A stretch of DNA of 64,000 nt from a virus (taxonomy: Duplodnaviria; Caudoviricetes): IMG/VR virus record IMGVR_UViG_3300030433_001936, positions 1 through 64,000 of that record. One strand, given 5' to 3'. A program made the translations under genes and the position numbers. The notes beneath the pieces were generated by a model. The model was not told the origin of the DNA, did no database searches, and saw only the letters and a list, made by a program, of their open reading frames with translations. Every line of letters begins with the position of its first letter. Position 1 is the stretch's first letter. This document shows positions 54,604-64,000 of this stretch, in pieces.

Positions 54604-55903
54604 TGTACCAGGAAAAAGAGACGAAGATGAGAATTTGCCAAACTCCGTGCTTGAAAGACTTCAAGCGTGGGCGGAAGCGCAGGGCTTGAGCATTGACGAT
54701 GCCGTTGAGAAATTCAACGAGTATCTGTCCGACAAGTTTGCGGTTGACGATTGGCGTGAAGAAGACGAAGACTTCTTGCTTGAAGCAAGTGAAGGCATGG
54801 TCGTTCAGCGACGAAGCGGTGGCGGTGGTCTGAAGACCACCAATTTCGTGGGGATGTTCGTTGGCGTTGATGCCCGTTCAAGGGACAAGCGAGAAAGGAC
54901 ACGCAACGAAGTGGTGAAGGCGTACTGTGAGAACCCACAGAAGGCAATCAACGCAGGTCTGTGTGCCGAGGTCGTGCAACAAGACGGTGTGTGGGCTTTG
55001 AAGAAAGCCGATGGCATCCACCCAACTGAAGAACCCGTTGAGAAGAAGGCGTGGTTCACAGTTGACACCAACGAAGGACCTATCGCATTGTTGCAAACAG
55101 GAAATTGGTCAAGCAAGGGCAACCCGATTTACCCCGAGTTGCACTCCCGCTTCTATTATTTCCTCGGCAATACCGAAGGCGACTTTGGCAATGACATCAA
55201 GTTGTGGCGATTGGATTCACCACACCCCGATGCCTATGTGGATTTGTACAAGCCGTGCCGTGTGAAGGTCGTTCCGAATGACCCCAACCGTGAAGTCAAT
55301 CCTGACTTCGCTGACATCCTTCGGTTGCCGAAGGGTTGGCACAAAGAAGTGGCACACACCGTTGACTTCGTGGAAGAAGAGTTGCAACCGCAACTCGCAC
55401 CCGAAAAATTCTGCGTGAATCCTGCCATCCACCAATACCATGTGTCGCTGACCGACACCCTTGAGCATTTCCACGCCAACCAAAAGGTGGTTGCAGGTCT
55501 GAACCCAATCGGACCTCTTGTGATTCTCAAAGGCAAAGTCACCAGCCTCTTCAAGGAAGGATGGGACAACGACTACGATGAAACGGGGAAGGTGTACAAC
55601 CTTCGCTTCACATCATGGGACTTGCAGAAGGAATACCCAAGCGGTATGCGTTCCGAGATGCAAGCAATCATCGGTGGCAACGCTGCTGATAACTTCCATG
55701 CTTTTGATTTCAAGGATGATGACGGACAATGGAAGCCATATGCCGAGCGCTCAACCGTGCTTGTCTTTGGTCGTCTGAAGGTTCGCCAAACCGAGAACGA
55801 TGGGGAAGTCCCCCAGATTACCGCCTTCGGTGTGTTCGCAGTGCCACGCTTCGTGGTGCCAGCGGCTGAAGGTGGCAATCCAAACGCTGACCAATTTAAT
55901 TGA
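54587..55903 (+). CDS. Putative RPA/OB-fold ssDNA-binding protein
   Basis: Lies between RFC and the ATPase; beta-rich aromatic segments and an RPA-like helical N-terminus; no diagnostic motif. Confidence 0.45.
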   Translation: MKQVFDVPGKRDEDENLPNSVLERLQAWAEAQGLSIDDAVEKFNEYLSDKFAVDDWREEDEDFLLEASEGMVVQRRSGGGGLKTTNFVGMFVGVDARSRDKRERTRNEVVKAYCENPQKAINAGLCAEVVQQDGVWALKKADGIHPTEEPVEKKAWFTVDTNEGPIALLQTGNWSSKGNPIYPELHSRFYYFLGNTEGDFGNDIKLWRLDSPHPDAYVDLYKPCRVKVVPNDPNREVNPDFADILRLPKGWHKEVAHTVDFVEEELQPQLAPEKFCVNPAIHQYHVSLTDTLEHFHANQKVVAGLNPIGPLVILKGKVTSLFKEGWDNDYDETGKVYNLRFTSWDLQKEYPSGMRSEMQAIIGGNAADNFHAFDFKDDDGQWKPYAERSTVLVFGRLKVRQTENDGEVPQITAFGVFAVPRFVVPAAEGGNPNADQFN

Positions 55904-55914
55904 GGTGAAAAACA

Positions 55915-56895
55915 ATGAGTGGATTTAACGCTGTGAAGAAAGAAGAGAACCAGATTGATGAGAAGGATGAACCCGATGTCAACATCCCCGATGTTGCACC
56001 GACATCACTCTTCTCATCAATAGAAGCAGAAGTGGATGCGGCTGGCAGTGCTGACATGGGAAGCCATGTATTCTGTGGCATCATCGGCTTTGAAGGAACA
56101 GGAAAATCGGGTATCGTCATGGATAGTCTGACGGATGAACAAATCGCCAACGGTGATTACATCCTAGCGGTTGACTTTGACGGTGGTGCTGCTGCATGCA
56201 AGTCAGCATATCACCGTGGCATCGCACAGAACATCCGTTGTCTGTCCCCGTATGTCATGTCAACTGAAGACCGAACAACCTACGACTACCCAGCGACCCA
56301 TGCTCGTGTCATGGAGATTGGTCGCTATGCCGTGAACCAAGCGGTGAAGCAAAACAAACCCGATTACACAGGACCTCGGCTCGCCAAGTTCCTGGTGACT
56401 GCGGTTGACCAATGGGACAATGTATGCGTGGTCAACATGAAGGTCATTGAACTGGGTTCAAAGACGGGTGCGAAGGACGGCATTGATGCATCTGACCCGA
56501 ACAAGTTGGTGGGCAACCAATGGAATTGGAGTATCCGTTCCACACGATTCCATCAACTCACCGCCATCTGTCGTGAACTCATGCGCTTCGGTGTTGAAGT
56601 GTATTGGGAAACTCACTTGAAACCTGAAGTGTTCCGCAATGAACAGACGGGCAATTGGAAGGCTGATTGGGAGAAGAATACCGACAACAATCTGAACCAA
56701 ATTCTTTGGTGTCGTCGTGAATCAGTTCTTGATGATGACGGGAAGAAGACGGGGAAGACCGAGTACACGGTTGAGTTTTACAAACAGAAGACCAACATCT
56801 CATTGCAGGGGAAGAAGCGCACAGTCGCCATCACCCGTGAAAACGGTGAACCCGAATGGTATGGTCTTGCCGAGTTGAAGGAGGGATTACTATGA
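55915..56895 (+). CDS. P-loop ATPase, RecA/Sak4-like recombination protein
   Basis: GFEGTGKS, VDFDGG, VTAVD, ETHLK. Confidence 0.6.
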   Translation: MSGFNAVKKEENQIDEKDEPDVNIPDVAPTSLFSSIEAEVDAAGSADMGSHVFCGIIGFEGTGKSGIVMDSLTDEQIANGDYILAVDFDGGAAACKSAYHRGIAQNIRCLSPYVMSTEDRTTYDYPATHARVMEIGRYAVNQAVKQNKPDYTGPRLAKFLVTAVDQWDNVCVVNMKVIELGSKTGAKDGIDASDPNKLVGNQWNWSIRSTRFHQLTAICRELMRFGVEVYWETHLKPEVFRNEQTGNWKADWEKNTDNNLNQILWCRRESVLDDDGKKTGKTEYTVEFYKQKTNISLQGKKRTVAITRENGEPEWYGLAELKEGLL

Positions 56896-57656
56896 CCAAG
56901 ATGAATGTTGCAAAGAACGAACTTGTTCGTTTCGTTGGTGGCTTCGGACCTGGTGTGAAAGACCTCAAACTCAAAGTGGAAAGCAATCAGTTGAAGGCGG
57001 GGGTTGCATTGTCAACCCACTTCCTTTCTAAAGCAATCGTTGTTGAACAGATTGAAGCGGGTGATTTGATTATCAGCGACATCGCCAAGTTCAACAATTT
57101 CTTGAAGGCTGCTCAAGGCACGGATGTGCAACTCCAACAGAACCTAGCGGGACGCAACACCGAGTTGCGTATCACATGTGGGAAGTCGGTGTTCACCATC
57201 CCGTCCACCAATGAGGTGGCGAGTTGTGCTTCGCTTGAGGCTGCTGGCAATCTCGTGAAGGCATCCGCTGAATCCAATTGGAAGGAGTTCGGTGGCAACG
57301 CACTGTCGTGCTACGCCATCGTGGATGTTGTTGATGTTCAAGCGGTTGCACCGTTGGGTAAGGTCGTTGGAACAGACAACCCATACCGATTGGTGTTGAC
57401 CAACAAACAGAAGCAAGGTGTCATCAGCACGGGGAAGCATCACAACGGACAAGTGTTTCACAAATTTGATTTGATTGACCCGTCCGTTGATGAAACGATT
57501 CAAACACAGTTCGGACCTTGGTTTCCCGAAGTCCTCGGCACATTGCCGTTGGGTAAAGCGGAGATTTACACAGGTGAGAATGCCGTGCTTGTCTTCAACC
57601 ATCAAGACAAAGACTGTCTGCTTGTTGTGATTGACCAACGACCCGATGAGGAGTGA
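56892..57656 (+). CDS. pcn: DNA sliding clamp (PCNA-like)
   Basis: About 254 aa with a repeated helix/strand pattern, directly upstream of PolB and downstream of RFC. Confidence 0.6.
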   Translation: MTKMNVAKNELVRFVGGFGPGVKDLKLKVESNQLKAGVALSTHFLSKAIVVEQIEAGDLIISDIAKFNNFLKAAQGTDVQLQQNLAGRNTELRITCGKSVFTIPSTNEVASCASLEAAGNLVKASAESNWKEFGGNALSCYAIVDVVDVQAVAPLGKVVGTDNPYRLVLTNKQKQGVISTGKHHNGQVFHKFDLIDPSVDETIQTQFGPWFPEVLGTLPLGKAEIYTGENAVLVFNHQDKDCLLVVIDQRPDEE

Positions 57657-59956
57657 TTCACATGATTGTGGATACGCTCTATGATGGGGGCATCGTAGGG
57701 AGATACCGTGATGAAGAGAACAACCGTGTGGTCATGGGCGACACTGGCTTCAAGGATTATTTCTTTGTGGATAAGGAAGAAGCGTTTGTCGTCAATCTCA
57801 ATGCGGAGTGGAAGCGTGAGTTTTCTCATGCTGACATTGTGTTCAATGGATACGAATCGGTTGATGGTGTTGCATTGGCGCAGGTCATCTGCGACCACCC
57901 ATACGACAAGACACGCATGAAGAAGTACTTCACAAAGACATGGGAAGGCGACATACCGTTTGCCGACAGGTGGATGATTGACAATATGTACGAGCAACCC
58001 AATTGGAATCCACGCAAGTGTTGGTTTGACATTGAATGGAATCCCGATGACAACAATGACTTCACTACATGTTGGGCTGGACTTGACTCATACACCAACG
58101 AAGCAACATGCTTCGCATGGCGTGAAGGTCAAGATGGATATGAAAAGGTTGAGCGGGACAACTACACTCTTCACATATACACATGTGAGGAAGAACTCCA
58201 CGAAGCCGTCATTGATTACATCGTCAGCCATGACTTTGACATGCTGATTGCCCACGCTGCTATGTGGGCTGACATGCCACACATGGTCAAGCGATTCAAG
58301 AACATCAAACGCATCTCCCCGTATGGTGAAGTGCGAAGGGTGAGGGAAGGCAACGATGGATACCGTCATGATGACCAACCCATCGTGGGTCGCCTTGTCT
58401 TTGACACCGCTGCTCGCGCTGGTGATGGCACGGGCTTTGAACGGGTGTGGATGGATAGTGGCAATGGTCAGTTCCCATCACGCAAGTTGAATGAGATTGG
58501 TGTGCATCTTGGATTGGGTGAAAAGGACGACATTGATTTAACCAACGATTGGCGAGAAAATTTCTTCCGCTATTGCGACTACTGTGTGCGAGATGTTGAG
58601 TTAATGAAGGACATTGATGTGTATCTCCATGCGACTGACTTCTTCATGAACATGGTTCGTTTCTGTGGTGTGTCGTTCACATCCACATTTGAAGTGGGCA
58701 AGTTCGCACGGGGATTGGTGAACCGAAGGACGGAACTCAAGTTCCCTTCACGGGCAAAGGACAGAAGGCGTGAGCGTGGTTCAGTACAAGGTGCTACGGT
58801 CATGTCGCCAACGCCAGGTCTGCACAACGGTGTGGCTGTTTTGGATTTCAAGGGATTGTATCCTTCAATCATGTTGGGGGACAACCTATGTTGGACGACA
58901 TATCGTGATGAACCAACGGAAACCACACGCACACTATCCAATGGCACACACTGGTGTCAAGAGAACAAAGGTATCCTTCCCCGAATCGTTGAGTATCTGT
59001 TTGAAGAACGACAGGAGTTGAAGCGACAAGGCAACCGCATTCTTGAGAAGGCGGTCAAGCGTGTGATGGCTTCGCTGTATGGTCTGGTGAATGAAACACT
59101 TGGTCATGGCATGGCGGATGAACGCATTGGTGCGACCATCACGGCACAAGGTCGCTACTCATTGGATGTGTTGAGGGCAAAGTGTGAAGCCATCGGACAC
59201 CCCGTACTCTTCGGACACACGGACAGTTGTTTTATTCTGTGTCGTAAGGATGATGTTGGAAGGGTCGCACAAGCAGTGACTGATGTTATTCAAGACGCTA
59301 CGGGCAACAAGAAATTGTTTGCGGAAGCGGAAGCGTGGATGCCATTGTGGTTCTGCGGTGATGTCAAGAACCGATACGCAGGTCTGATTGACTGGCCTGT
59401 TGAAGACGCTGGCAAATTGAAAGTGTCGGGCTTTGAAATGAAGCACAGTTCAACACCACCATTGGTTCGCGACATCCAAAAGCAGGTATTGATGAGCGTG
59501 GTGCAGGGTGATACCGAATGGGAAACCACCGCCTTTGTGAAATCACACATGGACGCATTGCGAAACGGGGATGTACCCGTTGAGGACATCTCCATCATCA
59601 CACGGTTGTCAAAGGACATTGAACCTGCACCCGCATACAAACACAACCCCGAGAAGCATTACCCTATTACTGCGGGTGGGTATGCGAAGGCTGCTCGCTT
59701 TGCGAACTGGTACAACGGGGGTCAATTCAAGAAGGGCGACAGTGTGCGTTGGGTCTATGTATCCAACAACATGCTGACTACCCATGATACGGATGTGATT
59801 GCATACGATGACCCGAAGGATTTGGATGCATTTGAAATAGATATTGAGGGTGTCATCAACAAATCGGTGCGGAAGAAACTCCGACTGATTTACGATGTAC
59901 TCGGATGGGATTTGAACAAAGCGTTGGATAAACACCAACCAAAAACATACTGGTGA
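57653..59956 (+). CDS. polB: Family B DNA polymerase
   Basis: ExoI FDIE, ExoIII YCVRD, DFKGLYPSIM, KRVMASLYG, FGHTDS, KNRYAG, GFE. Confidence 0.95.
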   Translation: MIHMIVDTLYDGGIVGRYRDEENNRVVMGDTGFKDYFFVDKEEAFVVNLNAEWKREFSHADIVFNGYESVDGVALAQVICDHPYDKTRMKKYFTKTWEGDIPFADRWMIDNMYEQPNWNPRKCWFDIEWNPDDNNDFTTCWAGLDSYTNEATCFAWREGQDGYEKVERDNYTLHIYTCEEELHEAVIDYIVSHDFDMLIAHAAMWADMPHMVKRFKNIKRISPYGEVRRVREGNDGYRHDDQPIVGRLVFDTAARAGDGTGFERVWMDSGNGQFPSRKLNEIGVHLGLGEKDDIDLTNDWRENFFRYCDYCVRDVELMKDIDVYLHATDFFMNMVRFCGVSFTSTFEVGKFARGLVNRRTELKFPSRAKDRRRERGSVQGATVMSPTPGLHNGVAVLDFKGLYPSIMLGDNLCWTTYRDEPTETTRTLSNGTHWCQENKGILPRIVEYLFEERQELKRQGNRILEKAVKRVMASLYGLVNETLGHGMADERIGATITAQGRYSLDVLRAKCEAIGHPVLFGHTDSCFILCRKDDVGRVAQAVTDVIQDATGNKKLFAEAEAWMPLWFCGDVKNRYAGLIDWPVEDAGKLKVSGFEMKHSSTPPLVRDIQKQVLMSVVQGDTEWETTAFVKSHMDALRNGDVPVEDISIITRLSKDIEPAPAYKHNPEKHYPITAGGYAKAARFANWYNGGQFKKGDSVRWVYVSNNMLTTHDTDVIAYDDPKDLDAFEIDIEGVINKSVRKKLRLIYDVLGWDLNKALDKHQPKTYW

Positions 59957-59960
59957 TAAC

Positions 59961-60077
59961 ATGACAGGAAGAGGAACATTACGGTTTTGGGGATTGATAC
60001 TTGACGGACAACGGAAGATTACTGATTGGTTGTTAAATACCCCTCCGAAACCACATGACACGGAGGAAGAAGAATGA
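59961..60077 (+). CDS. Possible 38-aa ORF spanning a promoter copy
   Basis: MTGRGTL..TEEEE, ending in the standard GAAGAAGAATGA junction. Confidence 0.35.
   Translation: MTGRGTLRFWGLILDGQRKITDWLLNTPPKPHDTEEEE
60033..60054 (+). promoter_or_regulatory. Promoter cassette without the palindrome's right arm
   Basis: TTAAATACCCCTC-CGAAAC-CAC. Confidence 0.65.
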
Positions 60078-60277
60078 GCGACATTGAAGATAAGGTTGCT
60101 GAAAAAATCAAGCAACGAGGCAAAGTCGGTGAAAAGAAATATGGAGTCAGCATGGCTGACGAACATCGGTTGTCATTCAATGAATGGCTGACCCACTTGC
60201 AAGAAGAATTGATGGATGCATCGGTGTACTTGGAGAAACTCATGGAGATGATGGAGGCGAAGAAGGATGGCGAATAA
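60074..60277 (+). CDS. Small all-alpha NTP pyrophosphatase-like protein
   Basis: GEKKYG..EWLTHLQEELMDASVY. Confidence 0.55.
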   Translation: MSDIEDKVAEKIKQRGKVGEKKYGVSMADEHRLSFNEWLTHLQEELMDASVYLEKLMEMMEAKKDGE

Positions 60278-60497
60278 AGGGAAATGGTATGACAACATGA
60301 TTGACAAATACCTTGTTGAGTTCTTGTCATCGGATTGGAAGTCAGCGAAGTCGTGCTGTGAATACATCATCAGTGAAGGCAATACGAATGTGCCGAATGC
60401 CAATGCGATGTCATCGTATCTCAAGCGACATCCGAAAGTCAAGAGCAGATACTCCACTCCGTGGAGTCATGACCGATTATACAGGTGGGACTCATGA
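60267..60497 (+). CDS. Small wHTH-like protein
   Basis: WKSAKSCCEYI..PNANAMSSYLKRHP. Confidence 0.55.
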   Translation: MANKGKWYDNMIDKYLVEFLSSDWKSAKSCCEYIISEGNTNVPNANAMSSYLKRHPKVKSRYSTPWSHDRLYRWDS

Positions 60498-60829
60498 GTA
60501 TCGTTGACGACATCATTGCGTTGCAACAGGAAAACGATACGCTTCGCGCTACCTTACATGATGTTCGGGACGCATTGCAGATGCTGATGACCATCGTGGA
60601 TGGATTGATTGAAGAGAATGTGGGTGAGCCTGAACCCGTTGAAGAAGCAACAACGGATGAAGAACTCATGGAAGAAGAAGAAGGTGAGGAAAGCGTGTGG
60701 GAAGTCATAGATGCACCCGAGCCTGAAGAAGCACGGTATGAGTTGACACACTTCGGCAACGAAGACAAACAAGGCTCGGCTACATACCGTGTGGATGTGA
60801 GTGATGTGCTTGGCGGGAGGGGATTCTAA
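60494..60829 (+). CDS. Coiled-coil/acidic protein
   Basis: LQQENDTLRATLHDVRDAL, then a Glu-rich tract. Confidence 0.6.
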   Translation: MSIVDDIIALQQENDTLRATLHDVRDALQMLMTIVDGLIEENVGEPEPVEEATTDEELMEEEEGEESVWEVIDAPEPEEARYELTHFGNEDKQGSATYRVDVSDVLGGRGF

Positions 60830-61749
60830 TGGGGGAACTCAACGAAACATCCACATACGCATGGACGGTTGATTCCGACAAGCGCATTCGTATCAGCAAA
60901 TCCACATTGGATACATATTCCAATTGGTGCGCTCAACAAATGTGGTTGGATAAGGTCATCCCATCGGGTGAGAAGATAGAGGATTATCTCATCATCGGAA
61001 GCAATGTGCATGACCGCACGGAACATTTTTACAACAACGGTTGGGATAATACCGATGTCATTGACGAAGCGATTGCGGATGCAAAGCAGGGCAACTACAA
61101 ATCAGCCCGTGCAAAACTCCGTGGTTTGTTTCCCGATGCGGAAGGGGATTACATTGACCGTGAGCAACAGTATCAAGATTGGATTCTTGACAACGACATT
61201 CAACGACTGAAGCATTGTGAAGACCACACCGACTTCCTTCCCGTTGGGAATGAGTTGGACTTGGATGCAATCATTGAGGTGGATGTGGACGGCACGACAT
61301 ACGAAGTGCATCTGCGTGGTATCATTGACCGCATTTTCAAATCGGATGAAGGCATAGCCCTCATGGAATTGAAGACGGGGAAGTGGCACAACGCTAACAC
61401 ATCTAAAATGAAGGGTGAGATGTCATACTACGCATATCTGCTTGAAGAATCGGGGGCGGGTTTGGAACTCGGACCAGTGACTCATTACGGGTGGAGGTAT
61501 CCAAAGGCTGACTATTGGGATTACATGGAAGCAAAGAAGGTATCCATCACCGCCATGAAGAAGCGGTTGCACAAGTTGGTGCGGGCATATGTTGAGCATG
61601 ACTTCCCACCAACGAAGGCTGAATTCAAGTGTGGCTACTGCGACTTCATGGCGTTCTGCCCGAAGTGGACTCCGTATGAGAATCCAATAGAAGTGGCGAA
61701 TGGTGAAGAACCGATATGGAAGGAGGGTCGTCATGGCGAGAATTTCTGA
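60829..61749 (+). CDS. Cas4/AddB-like PD-(D/E)XK exonuclease with Fe-S ligands
   Basis: SKSTL..WC, GSNVH, RGIIDRI, MELKTG, CGYCDFMAFC. Confidence 0.85.
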   Translation: MGELNETSTYAWTVDSDKRIRISKSTLDTYSNWCAQQMWLDKVIPSGEKIEDYLIIGSNVHDRTEHFYNNGWDNTDVIDEAIADAKQGNYKSARAKLRGLFPDAEGDYIDREQQYQDWILDNDIQRLKHCEDHTDFLPVGNELDLDAIIEVDVDGTTYEVHLRGIIDRIFKSDEGIALMELKTGKWHNANTSKMKGEMSYYAYLLEESGAGLELGPVTHYGWRYPKADYWDYMEAKKVSITAMKKRLHKLVRAYVEHDFPPTKAEFKCGYCDFMAFCPKWTPYENPIEVANGEEPIWKEGRHGENF

Positions 61750-62029
61750 CCAACGGTTGGAAACAACCGCATTCACTGTAGCGATGGAGTGGTGGTTGCA
61801 ACGCATGATTGTCAATGGAGAGGTGAGTGTTCGCATGGGCGATGCGAAGAAAGCCCGTGGCTTTGATGCACACCACGATGACCGTGAAGCCATGTTCGTA
61901 GTGGATAGACGATACCTTTCCGACCCCGAAGAAACGATTGACATCATTGAGAAATTGTATGCGTGGGTTGAGCATTGGAATGAGATTGAGGAGAGAAAGA
62001 GATGCAACTATCAGTTCAAGCAAATTTGA
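61733..62029 (+). CDS. Hypothetical protein
   Basis: Start moved to 61733 behind a GGAGGG RBS. Confidence 0.6.
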   Translation: MARISDQRLETTAFTVAMEWWLQRMIVNGEVSVRMGDAKKARGFDAHHDDREAMFVVDRRYLSDPEETIDIIEKLYAWVEHWNEIEERKRCNYQFKQI

Positions 62030-63120
62030 TTCACCTTGATTACCCACGGGAAGTCAATCTGTTCCGTCGCATTGTTCACGACAAAGAACAATTCAACCGA
62101 TGGTGGGTTTCTTTGGATAATGCTTCGGATGCCTACATGACAGTGTATGGTTTCCGTGAAACCAAAGCACCGAACCACAGGCGTGGTGATTATCAAACCG
62201 CTATCGTGCGACACTTTGTTCTTGACTTTGACTGCACATCCATTGTCGGTGGCAAGCGGATTGATGTGCCATTGGAAGTCCCCTTCGGTGAAGTCCAACG
62301 GTTGCATGAGTATCTGGTTGAGCAGAACATATGTCATGGCGTATGGTTCAGCGGTGGTGGATTCCATGTGTGGATTAAACTGGCAAAGGTGCATACCCCA
62401 CGGACAGGTATGGAGTCATCCATTCTCAAAGGTGCGGGTCGTTGGATGGTTCGTCAATGGGCGGAGCATTTGAAACTCAATTGCATTGACCCTACAGTGA
62501 CTTTTGATTTGGCATCGTTGATTCGTGTGCCGAATTCGTATAGCGTCAAGCGTCAACTGTGGAGCATTCCATTGACCACGGAAGAGATTCAATCATGTAG
62601 CGTGGATGATATTCAAGCGCTCGCAAAGAAACACAGGTCTGGATATTTCCAATACGGCATGGAAGGTGCAGTGTTGGATTTGGAAAGCAGACCAACGGTT
62701 GCTTTAACGGGGATGTTGAATGATACGCAGGACATACCCACCATCACGATGGATGGGATTGCAGTTCTGCCGTGCCTTCAAGCGTCGTCGTGTCGTCAAG
62801 GTAGCAACCCAACACACGATGCACGGTATCACCTTGCGTCATACCTTGCATCACGGTTGCGGAATTTCGCACCGCCACAGTCCCAACCACACAACGAGGA
62901 TAAGCACATCCTAACGATTGTGGACTTCATTGAGTCGTTGGGATGGGTGGATTACAAAAGAGATATAACGCGTGAGCGTGTGGCGCATATTGTCCGAGGA
63001 CCGTATTCGCACACCCCATGCTGGAGCCTATTCAATCGTGGTTATTGCGTTGGCAAATGCCACTTGTGGGATGGTACGGGTACTATCCCCAGTATCAACA
63101 AAGGAAGTGAAAACAAATGA
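62002..63120 (+). CDS. Archaeo-eukaryotic primase, PriS catalytic domain fused to PriL-like C-terminal domain
   Basis: LDFD, FSGGGFHVW, ID..LIRVPNS; LPC..HDAR..TPC..YCVGKC. Confidence 0.85.
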   Translation: MQLSVQANLIHLDYPREVNLFRRIVHDKEQFNRWWVSLDNASDAYMTVYGFRETKAPNHRRGDYQTAIVRHFVLDFDCTSIVGGKRIDVPLEVPFGEVQRLHEYLVEQNICHGVWFSGGGFHVWIKLAKVHTPRTGMESSILKGAGRWMVRQWAEHLKLNCIDPTVTFDLASLIRVPNSYSVKRQLWSIPLTTEEIQSCSVDDIQALAKKHRSGYFQYGMEGAVLDLESRPTVALTGMLNDTQDIPTITMDGIAVLPCLQASSCRQGSNPTHDARYHLASYLASRLRNFAPPQSQPHNEDKHILTIVDFIESLGWVDYKRDITRERVAHIVRGPYSHTPCWSLFNRGYCVGKCHLWDGTGTIPSINKGSENK

Positions 63121-64000
63121 AGAGAGAGAAGACATGTGAGATATTGGTCGGACATGCCATTGACCGACTGCGGGGATTGCCAGACAATAGTGTGGATTTG
63201 ATAGTCACCAGCCCACCGTATTGGGCGTTGCGTGATTACAAGACTGACCCCGTGGTGTTTGGCGGTGATGTTGACTGTGAACACGAATGGGGAGAAGACA
63301 CAAGCGAAAAGGCGTGGACCTACAATGTGCCACAGACCGAGCGCGGAGATGATGTCTATCCCGATGAAGAACAGGAGAAAACGAAGCACGACATATGCAA
63401 CAAGTGTGGGGCATGGCGTGGGCAATTGGGTCTTGAAGCAACACCCGATTTGTTCGCTGACCATTTGGTTGAAATCTTTGAAGAATGCCGAAGGGTGTTA
63501 AAACCAACGGGCAATCTATGGGTCAACCTCGGTGATTCCTACATGCGAAAGTCGGTCTTCAAAGAACCCGAAACATACGGTTTCCAAAAGCATCGTGATT
63601 GGGCGGGGCAGTTCCGACCACAGGAGATACCCGAAGGATACAAGCGAAAGGACTTGGTCGGGTTGCCGTGGTTGTTTGCCTTCGGTGCAAGGCGAGCGGG
63701 ATGGTATCTGCGAAACGACATCGTGTGGGCGAAGTCCATCAGTGGACCTCATTACCGTGGCGGTTCGTGTATGCCCGAACCCGTGGCTGACCGTTGCACA
63801 CGAAGCCATGAGTACTTCTTCCACTTCACGAAGAAACCAAAGTACTACTATGACCTTGAAGCCACGGCTGAACCGTTGGCGGAAGGAGATGATATTGACA
63901 TGACTCGCAACATGCGAACCGTGTGGCACTTCAATCCGAAGCCATACGCTGGCGCACACTTCGCAGTCTATCCAAAGCGATTGATTGAACCAATCATCCG
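63117..64000 (+). CDS. Beta-class amino-DNA methyltransferase (SPPY, probably m4C), runs off the right edge
   Basis: Translated by hand: DLIVTSPPYW, RRVLKPTGNLWVNLGD, LRNDIVWAK, HEYFFHF, RTVW, HFAVYPKRLIEPII; frame open to the end. Confidence 0.9.
   Translation, partial: MKREKTCEILVGHAIDRLRGLPDNSVDLIVTSPPYWALRDYKTDPVVFGGDVDCEHEWGEDTSEKAWTYNVPQTERGDDVYPDEEQEKTKHDICNKCGAWRGQLGLEATPDLFADHLVEIFEECRRVLKPTGNLWVNLGDSYMRKSVFKEPETYGFQKHRDWAGQFRPQEIPEGYKRKDLVGLPWLFAFGARRAGWYLRNDIVWAKSISGPHYRGGSCMPEPVADRCTRSHEYFFHFTKKPKYYYDLEATAEPLAEGDDIDMTRNMRTVWHFNPKPYAGAHFAVYPKRLIEPII

Noticed and set aside
53644-59956. Inteins in RFC, PolB (and TerL)
   Set aside because: Protein lengths are ordinary, motifs are contiguous and no HN-(C/S/T) junctions were seen.
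1-64000. tRNA, rRNA, reverse transcriptase/DGR, integrase, transposase
   Set aside because: No cloverleaf/T-arm signatures or catalytic motifs were recognised by eye; tRNAscan-SE and HMM searches would be needed to exclude them fully.

Overview
The window is a 64-kb segment of a large tailed dsDNA virus of archaea. The best fit is a Marine Group II/Poseidoniales virus (magrovirus-like). This is an inference from the archaeal-type PolB, PCNA, RFC, PriS-PriL primase, TATA-box promoters and GGTGA ribosome-binding sites; no database search was run. Left arm (1-30.3 kb, mostly minus strand): morphogenesis genes including a truncated giant protein with a degenerate ligase domain, portal, a LAGLIDADG fusion, terminase and a probable TerS. 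It also holds a six-gene membrane operon with an Arf-like small GTPase, an HMG-CoA lyase, and a cluster of unrelated proteins sharing a short D-x-A-W-x-x-L-K peptide tag. Strand-switch region (30.3-32.9 kb): GGTAAAAC repeat arrays flank a 398-aa gene whose DNA is tiled almost end to end by about 32 perfect short hairpins, the most unusual signal in the window. Right arm (32.9-64 kb, plus strand): small early/accessory genes behind a repeated TTAAATACCCCTC-N6-CACC..GGTG promoter cassette (SNF2/HARP helicase, ArdA, DenV-like glycosylase, DUF932, PC4, TFB-like), then the replication module (ligase-like, RFC, SSB-like, ATPase, PCNA, PolB, Cas4-like nuclease, primase, MTase). I found no tRNA, rRNA, CRISPR array, major capsid protein or prohead protease. 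All protein assignments come from motif recognition by eye.
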